This document shows, piece after piece, positions 1 through 10,212 of a stretch of DNA of 64,000 nt; within the stretch, counting starts at the first letter, position 1, and every line of letters begins with the position of its first letter. The stretch is from Agathobacter sp. (GTDB lineage: Bacteria; Bacillota; Clostridia; Lachnospirales; Lachnospiraceae): contig JAXELM010000097.1 in the NCBI GenBank assembly GCA_034100525.1, forward strand, positions 27,272-91,271, in the 5' to 3' direction. Below the pieces are notes generated by a model. The model did no database searches and was not told where the DNA came from. It was given only the letters and a program-made list of their open reading frames with translations. The position numbers and the translations under genes are program-made.

Positions 1-313
1 AAGAATTAGTTCCCAAAATAGCATCAACTTCAGGAATTTCTTTAATAATCTCATCTTTATAACGCTGCGCAAGACAGCCTGTAACTATTAATGATTTACA
101 TGAGCCGGATTTTTTATATTCTGCCATTTCAAGGATTGTGTTAATGCTTTCCTCTTTTGCATCATTAATAAAACAGCAAGTGTTTATAATAATAATATCT
201 GCTTCATTTTCATCATCTGTCAATTGAAGTCCCCCATTATTAAGGGCACCTATCATAAATTCAGAATCTACAAGATTCTTATCACAACCTAAAGATATAA
301 ACAATACTTTCAT
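1..313 (-). CDS. rimO: Ribosomal protein S12 methylthiotransferase RimO (5' part, runs off window edge)
   Basis: Hand translation from ATG at 313: [18 protein letters not shown]...[15 protein letters not shown]...VTGCLAQRY, the N-terminal MTTase domain of RimO type. Confidence 0.9.
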   Translation of the reverse strand, partial: MKVLFISLGCDKNLVDSEFMIGALNNGGLQLTDDENEADIIIINTCCFINDAKEESINTILEMAEYKKSGSCKSLIVTGCLAQRYKDEIIKEIPEVDAILGTNS

Positions 314-335
314 AATCATAATTAGTCATAATCCA

Positions 336-368
336 TAAAAAAGGAATGACCAGAAGTAAGTCATTCCT
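336..368 (-). terminator. Intrinsic terminator after rpoZ
   Basis: Stem AGGAATGAC/GTCATTCCT followed on the minus strand by a T6 tract. Confidence 0.7.
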
Positions 369-374
369 CTTATT

Positions 375-614
375 TTACTCTTCGTCGTCAGTTACGATTT
401 TTACATCACCATTATATAATTCTTCTACAGCGATTGATAAAGGCTTGTTGCATTTTGGACGGTCAATAAATGACTCTGCACCATTGATTAACTGACGTGC
501 TCTTTTAGCTGTTGCAAGAACAATTGAATAACGACTGTTAACAACTGGTTCTTCGCCAATTTCAACACCGTCATTTACTACTTTCATTAATTCGACATAA
601 GATGGATGTATCAT
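375..614 (-). CDS. rpoZ: RNA polymerase omega subunit
   Basis: SRYSIVLATAKRARQL and KPLSIAVEEL motifs; directly downstream of gmk. Confidence 0.93.
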   Translation of the reverse strand: MIHPSYVELMKVVNDGVEIGEEPVVNSRYSIVLATAKRARQLINGAESFIDRPKCNKPLSIAVEELYNGDVKIVTDDEE

Positions 615-615
615 A

Positions 616-1275
616 TTATTCTCCTTTCGAAAAGCTAAGAAGCTCTTTTCGCATATTGTTAATAAAATCTATATTTGAAGATATTAGATGTTTGTCAAAA
701 TGGGATTTATTATCCTCTGTGGTGGTAATTATACTGTTAACCAATTCAACACAATCATCTAAATCATCGTTCACAATTAAATAATCATAATTCTCTACGC
801 CCAATGACTCTTCATAAGCGCGGCTGAGACGTGATGCAATAACATCTGCTGTTTCAGTACCTCTTCCTACAAGTCTGTTTCTAAGTTCATCTGCGCTCGG
901 TGCAGTGACAAACATAAGCAATGTGTCAGGAAATTTCTCTTTAATCTTTAATGCGCCCTGAATCTCGATTTCAAGGATTACATTCTTTCCTGCGTTGAGC
1001 TGTTCGTCAACATATTTCTTTGGTGTTCCATAATAATTGTTGACATATTGAGCATATTCAATCAGCTCATCATCTGCAATCATCTGCTTAAATTCATCTA
1101 CACTTAGGAAGAAATATTCTCTTCCATGCTCTTCGCCTGGACGTGGTGCTCTTGTAGTAGCAGAGATGGATAAAGCGTAATTGTCACCATGCCTGCTCAT
1201 AAGCTGTTTCATAATAGTCCCTTTGCCGGCTCCGGAAAAGCCTGAAACAACAACAAGTATTCCTTTAGTATTCAT
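616..1275 (-). CDS. gmk: Guanylate kinase
   Basis: P-loop GFSGAGKGT, SATTRAPRPGEEHGREYFF, YYGT. Confidence 0.97.
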   Translation of the reverse strand: MNTKGILVVVSGFSGAGKGTIMKQLMSRHGDNYALSISATTRAPRPGEEHGREYFFLSVDEFKQMIADDELIEYAQYVNNYYGTPKKYVDEQLNAGKNVILEIEIQGALKIKEKFPDTLLMFVTAPSADELRNRLVGRGTETADVIASRLSRAYEESLGVENYDYLIVNDDLDDCVELVNSIITTTEDNKSHFDKHLISSNIDFINNMRKELLSFSKGE

Positions 1276-1290
1276 CTGTACTCCTTAATA

Positions 1291-2172
1291 TTATTCAATA
1301 TTCTGAATCTGCTCTCTTACCTTTTCAATGTCGGTCTTAAGATTGATTCCTATATCAGAAATTTCTATATCGTTTGCTTTTGATAAAATTGTATTGGCTT
1401 CTCTATTCATCTCCTGTGCAATGAAATCAAGCTTGCGTCCAATACTGCCTCCCTTTGTGAGTGTATCTTTGGTAGATAAAATGTGGCTTCTCAAACGTAC
1501 AGTTTCTTCATCAACACAAATCTTATCTGCAAAAATAACAACTTCCTGAGCAATTCTTGCATCATCAATCTGTTTGTCCGCTAATAATTCACGAACTTTA
1601 ACCTCTAATTTTGACCTGTAATCCTTGATAATCTGAGGATATCGCTCTTCGATGAAGTCAACATATCCTAACATATTATCGAGTTTTGTGCAAAGGTCAT
1701 TTTTGAGATGTTCACCTTCTTTGATTCGTGAATCGACGAACTGGGAACATGCACCACGCAATACTTTTTCCAGGCAATTCCATAATTCCTCTTCGTCTAT
1801 GGACTGCTCTTCCATAACGAAAACTTCAGGATATCTCGATAAATTACTTACTCTGACATCATTATCAATGCCGAATTCTTCAGACATAGCATTCAGATGC
1901 TTAAGATATTCTTCTGCTAATGCAGAATTGTATTTGAGCATGTAATTATCCTCAGTATAGTCTTCGTATGTAATATAAACATCAACCTTACCTCTCTCAA
2001 TATATTCCTTTAAAAGATTTCTGATTGAAGTCTCAAAGAAATTTAACTTCTTAGGCATTTTGATTGATGTATCCAAATACCTATGATTTACAGATTTGAT
2101 TTCGACTGTGATTTTACGCTTTTCGTCAACCGCTTCACAACGACCAAATCCGGTCATACTTTTAATCATCAT
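1291..2172 (-). CDS. yloC: YicC/YloC family endoribonuclease
   Basis: SMTGFGR N-terminus, SVNHRY, GRKLDFIAQEMNREANT, EKVREQIQNIE C-terminus. Confidence 0.93.
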   Translation of the reverse strand: MMIKSMTGFGRCEAVDEKRKITVEIKSVNHRYLDTSIKMPKKLNFFETSIRNLLKEYIERGKVDVYITYEDYTEDNYMLKYNSALAEEYLKHLNAMSEEFGIDNDVRVSNLSRYPEVFVMEEQSIDEEELWNCLEKVLRGACSQFVDSRIKEGEHLKNDLCTKLDNMLGYVDFIEERYPQIIKDYRSKLEVKVRELLADKQIDDARIAQEVVIFADKICVDEETVRLRSHILSTKDTLTKGGSIGRKLDFIAQEMNREANTILSKANDIEISDIGINLKTDIEKVREQIQNIE

Positions 2173-2217
2173 TTACCTTCTTTCAAAATTATTGCATGAG
2201 TATGCATAGATGAATTT

Positions 2218-2246
2218 ATTATATATCTTCATCAATAATTCGTCAA
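2218..2246 (-). promoter_or_regulatory. Sigma-A promoter for the yloC-gmk-rpoZ operon
   Basis: TTGACG-17 bp-TATAAT on the minus strand. Confidence 0.75.
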
Positions 2247-2311
2247 ATATTCATTGGATTTTTTTAATAATTCAATTATAATACTTTATATGTAATTTTG
2301 GAGGAAAAATT

Positions 2312-4054
2312 ATGGCTTTAGATGGAATTGTGATTGCTAATCTTGTATATGAATTAAATAATACTATTTTAAATTCCAGAATCAGTAAGATTGCCCAGCC
2401 TGAAAATGATGAGCTTTTACTTACTTGCAAAGGAAATAATGGAACATATAAATTATCGGTTTCTGCAAATGCTTCTCTTCCTTTTGTATATCTTACAGAA
2501 GAAAATAAAAAGAGTCCATTGCAGGCTCCTACTTTTTGCATGGTGCTGCGTAAGCATATTGCAAACGGAAGGATTGTCAGGATATATCAGCCACATATGG
2601 AGAGAATAATTAATTTTGAGATAGAACACCTTGATGAAATGGGTGATTTATGCCGCAAAACATTAGTTGTTGAGCTTATGGGCAAGCATTCAAATATTAT
2701 TTTCTGTTCTGATACCGGGGTGATAATTGACAGTATCAAACGTGTGCCGGCTTCTGTAAGTTCTGTTCGAGAGGTGTTGCCAGGTAAAGAATATTTCATA
2801 CCTGAGACACAAGGGGGAAAATTCAATCCTCTTAATGTCGATTCAAAACAGTTTATAGATATTATTTCCAATAAACCATATTCAATTATTAAAGCAATTT
2901 ATTTGTCTTTTGTAGGTATAAGTCCTGTAATGGCAAGTGAGATTTGTTACAGGGCTTCTTTAGACGGTGATATGCCTGTTTCGTCACTTGGTTCTGATGA
3001 ATTATTACATTTAGCAAATAATTTCATATGGATTATGGAACAGATTAATGAAAATAATTTTAGCCCGGTAATAATCAGGAAAAATGATGAGCCAATTGAT
3101 TTTGCGGCATTTGAGTTAAAGCAGTTTGAAGATTATTTCAGTTGTTCATATGAGTCAATATCCCAGGTATTATCCAATTTTTACTCAGAGCGAAATATAT
3201 ATTCACGAATACGTCAGAAATCAGTAGAGCTTAGAAAAATTGTTTCAACTTTACTTGAGCGTAATCAAAAGAAGTATTCTATTTTACAGAAGCAGTTGCA
3301 GGATACAAATAAGAAAGATAAATATAAATTGTATGGTGAACTGATTAATGTATATGGATATAATCTGCCGGAAGGTGCAAAAGAATTAGAAGCACCGAAT
3401 TATTATGATGATAATAAGATTATCAAGATTCCACTCGATCCTACAATGTCTGCTTCTGATAATGCCAAGAAGTATTTTGACAGATACGGAAAGCTTAAAC
3501 GTACATCAGAAGCATCCACTTCACTTATTAAGGAGACAAAGGCGCAGATAGATCATTTGGAGTCTATACAGAATTCTTTGGATATTGCAGTTAATGCCGA
3601 TGATTTGATTCAGATTAAAGAGGAATTAGCAGAGTCAGGATATATTAAAAAATCCAAAAATAACAAAAAAATCAAGTCAAAGAGCAAGCCTTTTCATTAT
3701 ATTTCATCCGACGGATATGATATGTATGTAGGGAAAAATAATTTTCAGAATGATGAGCTTACGTTCAAATTTGCTACCGGCAATGATTGGTGGTTTCATG
3801 CGAAAGGGATGCCGGGGTCACATGTTATTGTTAAATCCAATAACGAGGAGCTTCCAGACAGGGTTTTTGAGGAAGCTGGCAAATTAGCTGCTTACTACTC
3901 TAAAGGTCGTGATAACGAGAAGGTGGAAATTGATTATTTGCAGAAGAAAAATGTAAAGAAACCAAACGGAAGTGCTCCGGGCTTTGTAGTTTATTATACA
4001 AACTACTCTCTTACTATAAGCCCGGATATATCGTCGCTTAAATTGATTGATTAG
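2312..4054 (+). CDS. rqcH: Ribosome quality control protein RqcH/Rqc2 (NFACT/FbpA family)
   Basis: MALDGI start, FCMVLRKH, ELMGKHSNII, NFACT-R domain GKNNFQNDELT...WFHAKGMPGSHV; the 3' end overlaps the recG stop by 4 nt. Confidence 0.92.
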   Translation: MALDGIVIANLVYELNNTILNSRISKIAQPENDELLLTCKGNNGTYKLSVSANASLPFVYLTEENKKSPLQAPTFCMVLRKHIANGRIVRIYQPHMERIINFEIEHLDEMGDLCRKTLVVELMGKHSNIIFCSDTGVIIDSIKRVPASVSSVREVLPGKEYFIPETQGGKFNPLNVDSKQFIDIISNKPYSIIKAIYLSFVGISPVMASEICYRASLDGDMPVSSLGSDELLHLANNFIWIMEQINENNFSPVIIRKNDEPIDFAAFELKQFEDYFSCSYESISQVLSNFYSERNIYSRIRQKSVELRKIVSTLLERNQKKYSILQKQLQDTNKKDKYKLYGELINVYGYNLPEGAKELEAPNYYDDNKIIKIPLDPTMSASDNAKKYFDRYGKLKRTSEASTSLIKETKAQIDHLESIQNSLDIAVNADDLIQIKEELAESGYIKKSKNNKKIKSKSKPFHYISSDGYDMYVGKNNFQNDELTFKFATGNDWWFHAKGMPGSHVIVKSNNEELPDRVFEEAGKLAAYYSKGRDNEKVEIDYLQKKNVKKPNGSAPGFVVYYTNYSLTISPDISSLKLID

Positions 4055-6117
4055 AGATTCATCTTTTTTAACTGCTCAGACAGAAAATAATTCATTTGCT
4101 TTTTTAGTATCTTATATTCGTCCGATTCGAGTTCAGGGTCCTTAGAAAGGATTTCCTTGACCGTATCGGACGCTTTTTGTAATACTGCCGCATCCTGATA
4201 TATATCACCTAACTGAAAAGCTAAATCACCGCTTTGGCGAATGCCGAAGAAATCTCCAGGTCCTCTAAGCTTTAAATCTTCACTTGCAATAAAAAATCCA
4301 TCGTTTGAATGATTAAGTATTTCAAGTCTTTTCTTAGAGTTCTTTGATTTAGAAGTGTTAATCATAATGCAATATGATTGTGCGTCTCCTCTTCCAACAC
4401 GACCTCTTAGCTGATGTAGCTGCGCAAGTCCAAATCTGTCTGCATTTTCAATCATCATTACAGTTGCATTTGGCACATTTACACCGACTTCAACAACAGT
4501 AGTCGAAATTAATATCTGGATTTTATTGCTTGAAAATTCTTCCATTACTTCGTTCTTGAGTGCGTTTTTCATTTTTCCGTGTAAGACACCAAGCTTAATA
4601 TCTTCTGGAAGTAATTCGCGAAGCTTTTTGGCATAATCAACTACATTTTCTCCATCCATGTTTTCTGTCTCTTCGACCAGCGGACATATTATGTAGACCT
4701 GATGACCTTTGGAAATCTCGCTTTGAATGAATTCATATGCCTTAGGTCTATATGCCGTATTTACAACACAATTCTTTATCGGAAGTCTTTGTGCAGGAAC
4801 TTCATCAATTACTGAGATATCCATGTCACCATATATTATTATTGCGAGAGTCCTTGGTATTGGTGTAGCACTCATTACCAGTATATGAGGACAATCTCCT
4901 TTTTGAGAAAATGTATCGCGTTGTTTTACTCCAAAACGATGTTGTTCATCTGTGATAACCAGCGCAAGATTATCGTAAATTGCTTTGTCCTGTATCAATG
5001 CATGTGTTCCAATAATTATTGCATCAGGATATAACTGCATTCTCTCATAGGCTTCTCTTTTCTGACGTGCTGTCATTGAGCCTGTAAGTAAAATAGCATG
5101 CATGTTTAAATTAAATCGTTCAATTAGTTGAGTAAAGGCTTCATAATGCTGTGTGGCAAGAACCTCTGTCGGTGCCATAATCGCTGATTGATAACCACTG
5201 TATGAACACCATGCCATTATGAGAAAAGCGATAATGGTTTTACCTGAACCTACATCGCCTTGTATTAAACGCTGCATAGTGTATTCACCGGACATGTCTT
5301 TTTTAATTTCGTTGATTGTCTTAAGCTGTGCACCAGTGAGCTTATAAGGAAGCTGTGCAATTAATTTATCAACAAAATCATCCTGCGAAAAAGAAAAGTT
5401 ATTTGGTGCTTTTATCTGTTTTTCTTTCTGATACTGCATGCCCATTATAAAAAGGAAAAATTCATCAAAAACAAGTCGTTCTCTGGCTTTTATCAGCGAT
5501 TCAATAGAATCAGGAAAATGTATCTGTTTTATGGCATAGTTGTATTCGCAGTAATTATTTTCAATTCTTACTTTGGATGGTATATAGTCACCAAACAAAT
5601 CGCCATAGCTTAAGGCGCTGCGAATTGTTTTTGAAACTAGATTATTGTTTATTCCATTTGTTAAAGAATATACAGGCTGTAGAGTACCCTCAATTGCTTT
5701 ATATTTTTCAACCTCATATATATCAGGCTGTTCCATGACATATTTATTATTTTTGATTGATATTTTCCCATAAAAAATATAGTGTCTGCCAGATAAAATT
5801 GTGTTTTTCAAGTAAGGCATTCTGTACCATACAAGCTGGATTTTGTGTCCGGGCTCTCCAATGTCAAGTATCGAAATCGGCATCTTTCTTGTGTTTTTTA
5901 TTGTAACAGGAGTTCTTATACATGAATGAACTGCATATTTAGCCTCTGTATCAATATCAGAAAGGTCATTTATATCTACTATATCAGGGTATTTTAAATA
6001 GGTTCGGGGAAAACGAAGGAGTATATCACCTACGGTGTATACTCCTATTTTAGCAAAAAGATTTTTAGTTTTTTCCCCAATTCCTTTTAGTTCAGTAATT
6101 GGTGAATCTATATTCAT
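4051..6117 (-). CDS. recG: ATP-dependent DNA helicase RecG
   Basis: QGDVGSGKT, DEQHRFG, SATPIPRT, QLHQLRGRVGRG, DLKLRGPGDFFG. Confidence 0.97.
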   Translation of the reverse strand: MNIDSPITELKGIGEKTKNLFAKIGVYTVGDILLRFPRTYLKYPDIVDINDLSDIDTEAKYAVHSCIRTPVTIKNTRKMPISILDIGEPGHKIQLVWYRMPYLKNTILSGRHYIFYGKISIKNNKYVMEQPDIYEVEKYKAIEGTLQPVYSLTNGINNNLVSKTIRSALSYGDLFGDYIPSKVRIENNYCEYNYAIKQIHFPDSIESLIKARERLVFDEFFLFIMGMQYQKEKQIKAPNNFSFSQDDFVDKLIAQLPYKLTGAQLKTINEIKKDMSGEYTMQRLIQGDVGSGKTIIAFLIMAWCSYSGYQSAIMAPTEVLATQHYEAFTQLIERFNLNMHAILLTGSMTARQKREAYERMQLYPDAIIIGTHALIQDKAIYDNLALVITDEQHRFGVKQRDTFSQKGDCPHILVMSATPIPRTLAIIIYGDMDISVIDEVPAQRLPIKNCVVNTAYRPKAYEFIQSEISKGHQVYIICPLVEETENMDGENVVDYAKKLRELLPEDIKLGVLHGKMKNALKNEVMEEFSSNKIQILISTTVVEVGVNVPNATVMMIENADRFGLAQLHQLRGRVGRGDAQSYCIMINTSKSKNSKKRLEILNHSNDGFFIASEDLKLRGPGDFFGIRQSGDLAFQLGDIYQDAAVLQKASDTVKEILSKDPELESDEYKILKKQMNYFLSEQLKKMNL

Positions 6118-6128
6118 AATGTCTCCTA

Positions 6129-7796
6129 CTATTCTACAGAAATAATATAGTAATAGATTGGCTGTCCACCGTTGTTGATTTCAACTTCAACATCAGGGTA
6201 TTTCTCTTCTATAGCTGAAGCAATCTCTGAAGCATCATCTTCTGTGGCGTCACTACCGAAATAAATGCTTACTATAGCCGAGTCTTCATCGACCATTTCA
6301 TCAACCATTGAAAGAGTTGTCTCTTTTAAATCCTTGCCAACAGCGAGAATAGATTTATCGCCTATGCCCATATAGTCATCCTGCTTGATTGTTTTTCCAT
6401 CAATCTCAGTGTCTCTGACAGCATATGTTACCTGACCAGTTTTGACATTTTCTATTTCGGCCATCATAGTATCCTTGTTTTCTTCAGCAGAATAATCAGG
6501 AATAAAATTCACAAGTGCTGTAATTCCCTGAGGAATTGTCTTAGTAGGAATAACGATAATATCTTTGTCTTCTACTAATGAGGCAGCCTGATTTGCAGCC
6601 ATAACTATATTCTTGTTGTTTGGTAAGATAAATATATGATCAGCATTGACACTGTCAATAGCCTTTAACATATCATCAGTGCTTGGATTCATTGTCTGAC
6701 CACCTTCAATAATGTAGTCAACTCCTAATCCCTTAAATATCTCATTGACACCTTCACCGATTGAGACTGAGATAAATCCCATATCCTTCTTAGGTCCCTT
6801 AGGAACAATTGTCTCTTCCTTTTCAGCGGCAGCTATCTTCTGTGCGTCCTTTATAAGCTTCTCCTGATGTTCTTCACGCATATTATCAATCTTTATCTTA
6901 CTCAAAGAGCCATGTGTCAATGCTTTCTGAATAGCAAGACCTGGGTCGTTGGTATGTACGTGAGTTTTGACAATTTCATCATCAGCTACAACAACGATTG
7001 AATCACCAATTGATTCAAGGTATGATTTGTATTCGTTTTCTTCCTGATTAGATAATGGTCTGTTTAATACAATAATAAACTCTGTACAATATCCAAATTT
7101 GATTTCTTTTTCTGTCTCAGCAGAGATTTTAACTATGCCTGAAGATGAAGGTATATCTTCGATAGAATAGTCAACTTCTCGTCCTAATAATGCATCATTA
7201 ATACCCTTTAAAACCTGCATCAATCCCTGTCCGCCGGAATCAACTACACCTGCCTGTTTTAAAACTGGAAGCATCTCTGGGGTCTGGCTCAATACATAGT
7301 CGCCATGTTTGATGATTTCATCAAGGAAATATACAAAATCATCTGTCTCATCTGCAAGCTCTAATGCTTTATCTGCCATTCCTTTTGCGACTGTAAGGAT
7401 AGTACCTTCCTTTGGCTTCATAACAGCCTTATATGCTGTTTCAACAGCCTTCTGGAATGCTTCACATGTAATATTTACATCTAAATCATCATACTCTTTG
7501 ATTACTTTACAGAATCCTCTGAAAAGCTGGGATAAAATAACACCTGAATTTCCTCGTGCACCGCGAAGCGAACCTGATGATATGGCTTTTGCAACATCTG
7601 CCATTGTAGGATTCTCAAGTGAATTAACTTCCTTTGCTGCTGACATAATTGTCATAGACATATTGGTACCTGTATCTCCATCCGGGACAGGGAATACATT
7701 AAGTTCATTAATCCATTCTTTTTTAGAATCAAGGTTCATCGCACCTGCGAGAAACATCTTAGATATCTGCTCTGCTTTTATATTTGTGATTTCCAC
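6129..7796 (-). CDS. fakA: DAK2-domain fatty acid kinase subunit A (YloV/FakA)
   Basis: LNVFPVPDGDTGTNM, GARGNSGVILSQ, GGQTMNPS, GGQPIYYY; follows an Asp23 gene. Confidence 0.9.
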   Translation of the reverse strand: MEITNIKAEQISKMFLAGAMNLDSKKEWINELNVFPVPDGDTGTNMSMTIMSAAKEVNSLENPTMADVAKAISSGSLRGARGNSGVILSQLFRGFCKVIKEYDDLDVNITCEAFQKAVETAYKAVMKPKEGTILTVAKGMADKALELADETDDFVYFLDEIIKHGDYVLSQTPEMLPVLKQAGVVDSGGQGLMQVLKGINDALLGREVDYSIEDIPSSSGIVKISAETEKEIKFGYCTEFIIVLNRPLSNQEENEYKSYLESIGDSIVVVADDEIVKTHVHTNDPGLAIQKALTHGSLSKIKIDNMREEHQEKLIKDAQKIAAAEKEETIVPKGPKKDMGFISVSIGEGVNEIFKGLGVDYIIEGGQTMNPSTDDMLKAIDSVNADHIFILPNNKNIVMAANQAASLVEDKDIIVIPTKTIPQGITALVNFIPDYSAEENKDTMMAEIENVKTGQVTYAVRDTEIDGKTIKQDDYMGIGDKSILAVGKDLKETTLSMVDEMVDEDSAIVSIYFGSDATEDDASEIASAIEEKYPDVEVEINNGGQPIYYYIISVE

Positions 7797-7810
7797 TGTA
7801 GTAATCCTCC

Positions 7811-8170
7811 TTAATCAATTACACGTACGCCTTCGACGTAAATATTGATTTTCTTTATTTTCATGCCAGTAAAGGACTCTACCTTATACTTAACTGTCTC
7901 AATAAGATTGTCAGATACAGTTCCTATTGCAACACCATATGATACTATTACATGAAAATCAATAATTATTTCATTGTCCTCATCGACAACTACATTAATT
8001 CCATGATTCAAGTAGTCCTTCTTTAATAACTTAACAAGTCCGTCTTTCATATTGACAGCAGCCATTCCAACAATACCGAAACATTCTACTGCTACTGAAC
8101 CGGCGTATGTTGCGATTACATCCGTGTCAATTAAAATTTTTCCATATTGGGTATCCATTTGTCCCTTCAT
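7811..8170 (-). CDS. Asp23/Gls24 family protein (YloU-like)
   Basis: ECFGIVGMA and INIYVEGVRV motifs; conserved yloU-yloV arrangement divergent from rpmB. Confidence 0.9.
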   Translation of the reverse strand: MKGQMDTQYGKILIDTDVIATYAGSVAVECFGIVGMAAVNMKDGLVKLLKKDYLNHGINVVVDEDNEIIIDFHVIVSYGVAIGTVSDNLIETVKYKVESFTGMKIKKINIYVEGVRVID

Positions 8171-8277
8171 ACTTCAAATCCTCCATCAAATTAGTGACGT
8201 AGCTATTGATATTATACCCTTTTTTTTATAAAAAGCAAATAATATAGAGATTTTATTTATTTTTTTAAATTTTGTTC

Positions 8278-8306
8278 TTGCATTATGTATTTTAATCTGA
8301 TAGAAT
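8278..8306 (+). promoter_or_regulatory. Sigma-A promoter of rpmB
   Basis: TTGCAT-17 bp-TAGAAT with extended TG. Confidence 0.7.
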
Positions 8307-8365
8307 ACATCTTGTTATGAGCTCAAATACTACGAGCTTAATGAAATGCAAGGAGGTGCAGTACC

Positions 8366-8551
8366 ATGGCAAAATGTGCAATTTGTGAAAAAGGCGTTCA
8401 TTACGGAAACAACGTAAGCCATTCTCATAGAAGATCAAATCATGTTTGGAAATCAAACATTAAAAAGGTTAGTTGCAAAGTTAACGGAGTACCACAGAAG
8501 TTATATGTATGTACTTCTTGCTTAAAATCCGGCAAAGTAGAGAGAGCTTAA
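8366..8551 (+). CDS. rpmB: 50S ribosomal protein L28 (zinc-ribbon form)
   Basis: MAKCAIC...GNNVSHSHRRS...CTSC; SD AGGAGG. Confidence 0.97.
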   Translation: MAKCAICEKGVHYGNNVSHSHRRSNHVWKSNIKKVSCKVNGVPQKLYVCTSCLKSGKVERA

Positions 8552-8574
8552 TTGTTCGGTATATTTTGAATGAT

Positions 8575-8615
8575 AAAGGAGCTGTGCACTATTTATTAGT
8601 GCACAGCTCCTTTTT
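8575..8615. terminator. Bidirectional intrinsic terminator between rpmB and ytfJ
   Basis: 17-bp stem AAAGGAGCTGTGCACTA/TAGTGCACAGCTCCTTT between convergent genes. Confidence 0.85.
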
Positions 8616-8616
8616 A

Positions 8617-9009
8617 TTATTCGTTTGATTCATCGTTTGAGATGTCGTCCAATGATAATTCATCGTTTTCTTCTGCTTTTCCAGATGTAAAACGATTTAC
8701 TAAATCTGGTACCATATCAAGGATTTTAGTCATACCATCCTGATTTTTAATGTTAACGAGCTTTGTTTTTCCATCCTGAATCACAAGTACTGCGCTAGGC
8801 TGTATCTTACCGCCTAATCCACCGGCACCATTATTCTTCTTTTCCTGCATGAAAGCTCCGGCTGCAACTCCAAAAGACACATCTACAAGAGGTAAGATTA
8901 TTGTATCCCCTATATTAATTGCATCTCCAACTACTGTCTTTGTCGTAATAAAGCTGTCCATTCCTTTAAAAAGTGATTCAACTGTAGAATTAAAATTGTT
9001 TTCTGACAT
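8617..9009 (-). CDS. ytfJ: GerW/YtfJ family sporulation protein
   Basis: TKTVVGDAI, IILPLVDVSFG, GAGGLGGKIQPSAVLVI, ILDMVPDLV. Confidence 0.85.
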   Translation of the reverse strand: MSENNFNSTVESLFKGMDSFITTKTVVGDAINIGDTIILPLVDVSFGVAAGAFMQEKKNNGAGGLGGKIQPSAVLVIQDGKTKLVNIKNQDGMTKILDMVPDLVNRFTSGKAEENDELSLDDISNDESNE

Positions 9010-9019
9010 TTTGCTCCTC

Positions 9020-9853
9020 CTAATTCTTTAAATGTTCATATAATTTGTGACAATTTTTATCTAATAAAATTCTTATGATAATACCAGCAAATTTGAATAA
9101 ATATATTCTTCCTTTAAAACATGCGTCGCCATTTAAATACCATTCGTCTGACTCAAAATCGGGAATAATCTGCCATTTATTTTTGTATCCAACTGGAAAT
9201 AGAGCTATTATTCCTAAAAGCTGTGCAGTTGTATCCGGCGCGCCTGTAGAAAATGTAGCATCTATTTTGGAATGCTTTGGCAGAAGCAGTTTTAATGAAA
9301 ATATCAATTCGTCTTTGATATGCTTTAATGCTTCGACATTCTCATTGTTTTCTATAAAAGCTTTTATTTTTATATATAAATTTTTGATATTAAGGAATAT
9401 TTTTTTTATTCTTGATATTAATTTGTTATTTCTCTTTTTTACAATTTTCTCTTTTACATCTTTTCCTTTATTATGTTCTTTGCAATCAGAACTGGTTATA
9501 TCTGAATCGTTCTGCTCTTGTATCTCAGATACATTCGCTTCTGAATCTGGTAGTTTTGTCTCGCTTATTTCTTTACTATCATCATTTTCTGCGTTATCCT
9601 CATTTTGTTTAACGGTCTTAAACAATATTCTGTATGAGAAATCTAAATCATTATTGCTATACTTTCCAGAAAAGCCCCAAATATACAAAAGCCAATGTCC
9701 TTTAAAGTTTACAGAAATATCACGATGTTTAGAATTTATTTTGATGCTATAAAAAATTGGATCAAATAAAATGAGTAAAACTAAAAAAAGCAGCAAGCCC
9801 AAGCATACAAGTAGTATTATTCCTATTATTTTTAGTATTAATAAAAAAATCAT
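9020..9853 (-). CDS. DUF2953/YtfI-like membrane-anchored protein
   Basis: N-terminal TM segment, FSTGAPDTTAQLLG motif, typical partner upstream of ytfJ. Confidence 0.7.
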   Translation of the reverse strand: MIFLLILKIIGIILLVCLGLLLFLVLLILFDPIFYSIKINSKHRDISVNFKGHWLLYIWGFSGKYSNNDLDFSYRILFKTVKQNEDNAENDDSKEISETKLPDSEANVSEIQEQNDSDITSSDCKEHNKGKDVKEKIVKKRNNKLISRIKKIFLNIKNLYIKIKAFIENNENVEALKHIKDELIFSLKLLLPKHSKIDATFSTGAPDTTAQLLGIIALFPVGYKNKWQIIPDFESDEWYLNGDACFKGRIYLFKFAGIIIRILLDKNCHKLYEHLKN

Positions 9854-9854
9854 T

Positions 9855-10175
9855 CTATTTCTCGCCCTTTAGATTAAGATAATCTCTAATATTAAAAGCA
9901 CCTGTTGCATCGTAGACCTCCTGAATGATTTCCTGAATCAAATTAATGCCCTCTTCATACCCTTTTGCTAAACCTATTATGTGAATATTCTTTTTCGGAT
10001 ATGCTTTTTGCACTAATTCATAAGTTGGAATCATATCCAGTAAATTATCAGGGTTTGATGGCAAAGCGATAACATAAGTGTTAATAGTGCCTGCATTATG
10101 ATTGACTTTCCATTTGATTTTATTGACGTTTTTACCAATTGATTCACTTACATATAAATCACTGTACCATTTCAT
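9855..10175 (-). CDS. Hypothetical protein
   Basis: 106-aa ORF with SD GAGG, abutting the ytfI-like gene; no family recognised. Confidence 0.75.
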   Translation of the reverse strand: MKWYSDLYVSESIGKNVNKIKWKVNHNAGTINTYVIALPSNPDNLLDMIPTYELVQKAYPKKNIHIIGLAKGYEEGINLIQEIIQEVYDATGAFNIRDYLNLKGEK

Positions 10176-10186
10176 AAATTAACCTC

Positions 10187-10212
10187 AAAAAAGCAGTCGC
10201 CCAAACTGCTTT
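10187..10212 (-). terminator. Weak terminator after the NUDIX gene
   Basis: AAAGCAGT/ACTGCTTT stem with a minus-strand T tract. Confidence 0.5.

Noticed and set aside
8211-8238. T8 tract in the asp23 promoter spacer as a phase-variation switch
   Set aside because: Short A/T runs are common in this AT-rich DNA, and the downstream genes are housekeeping.
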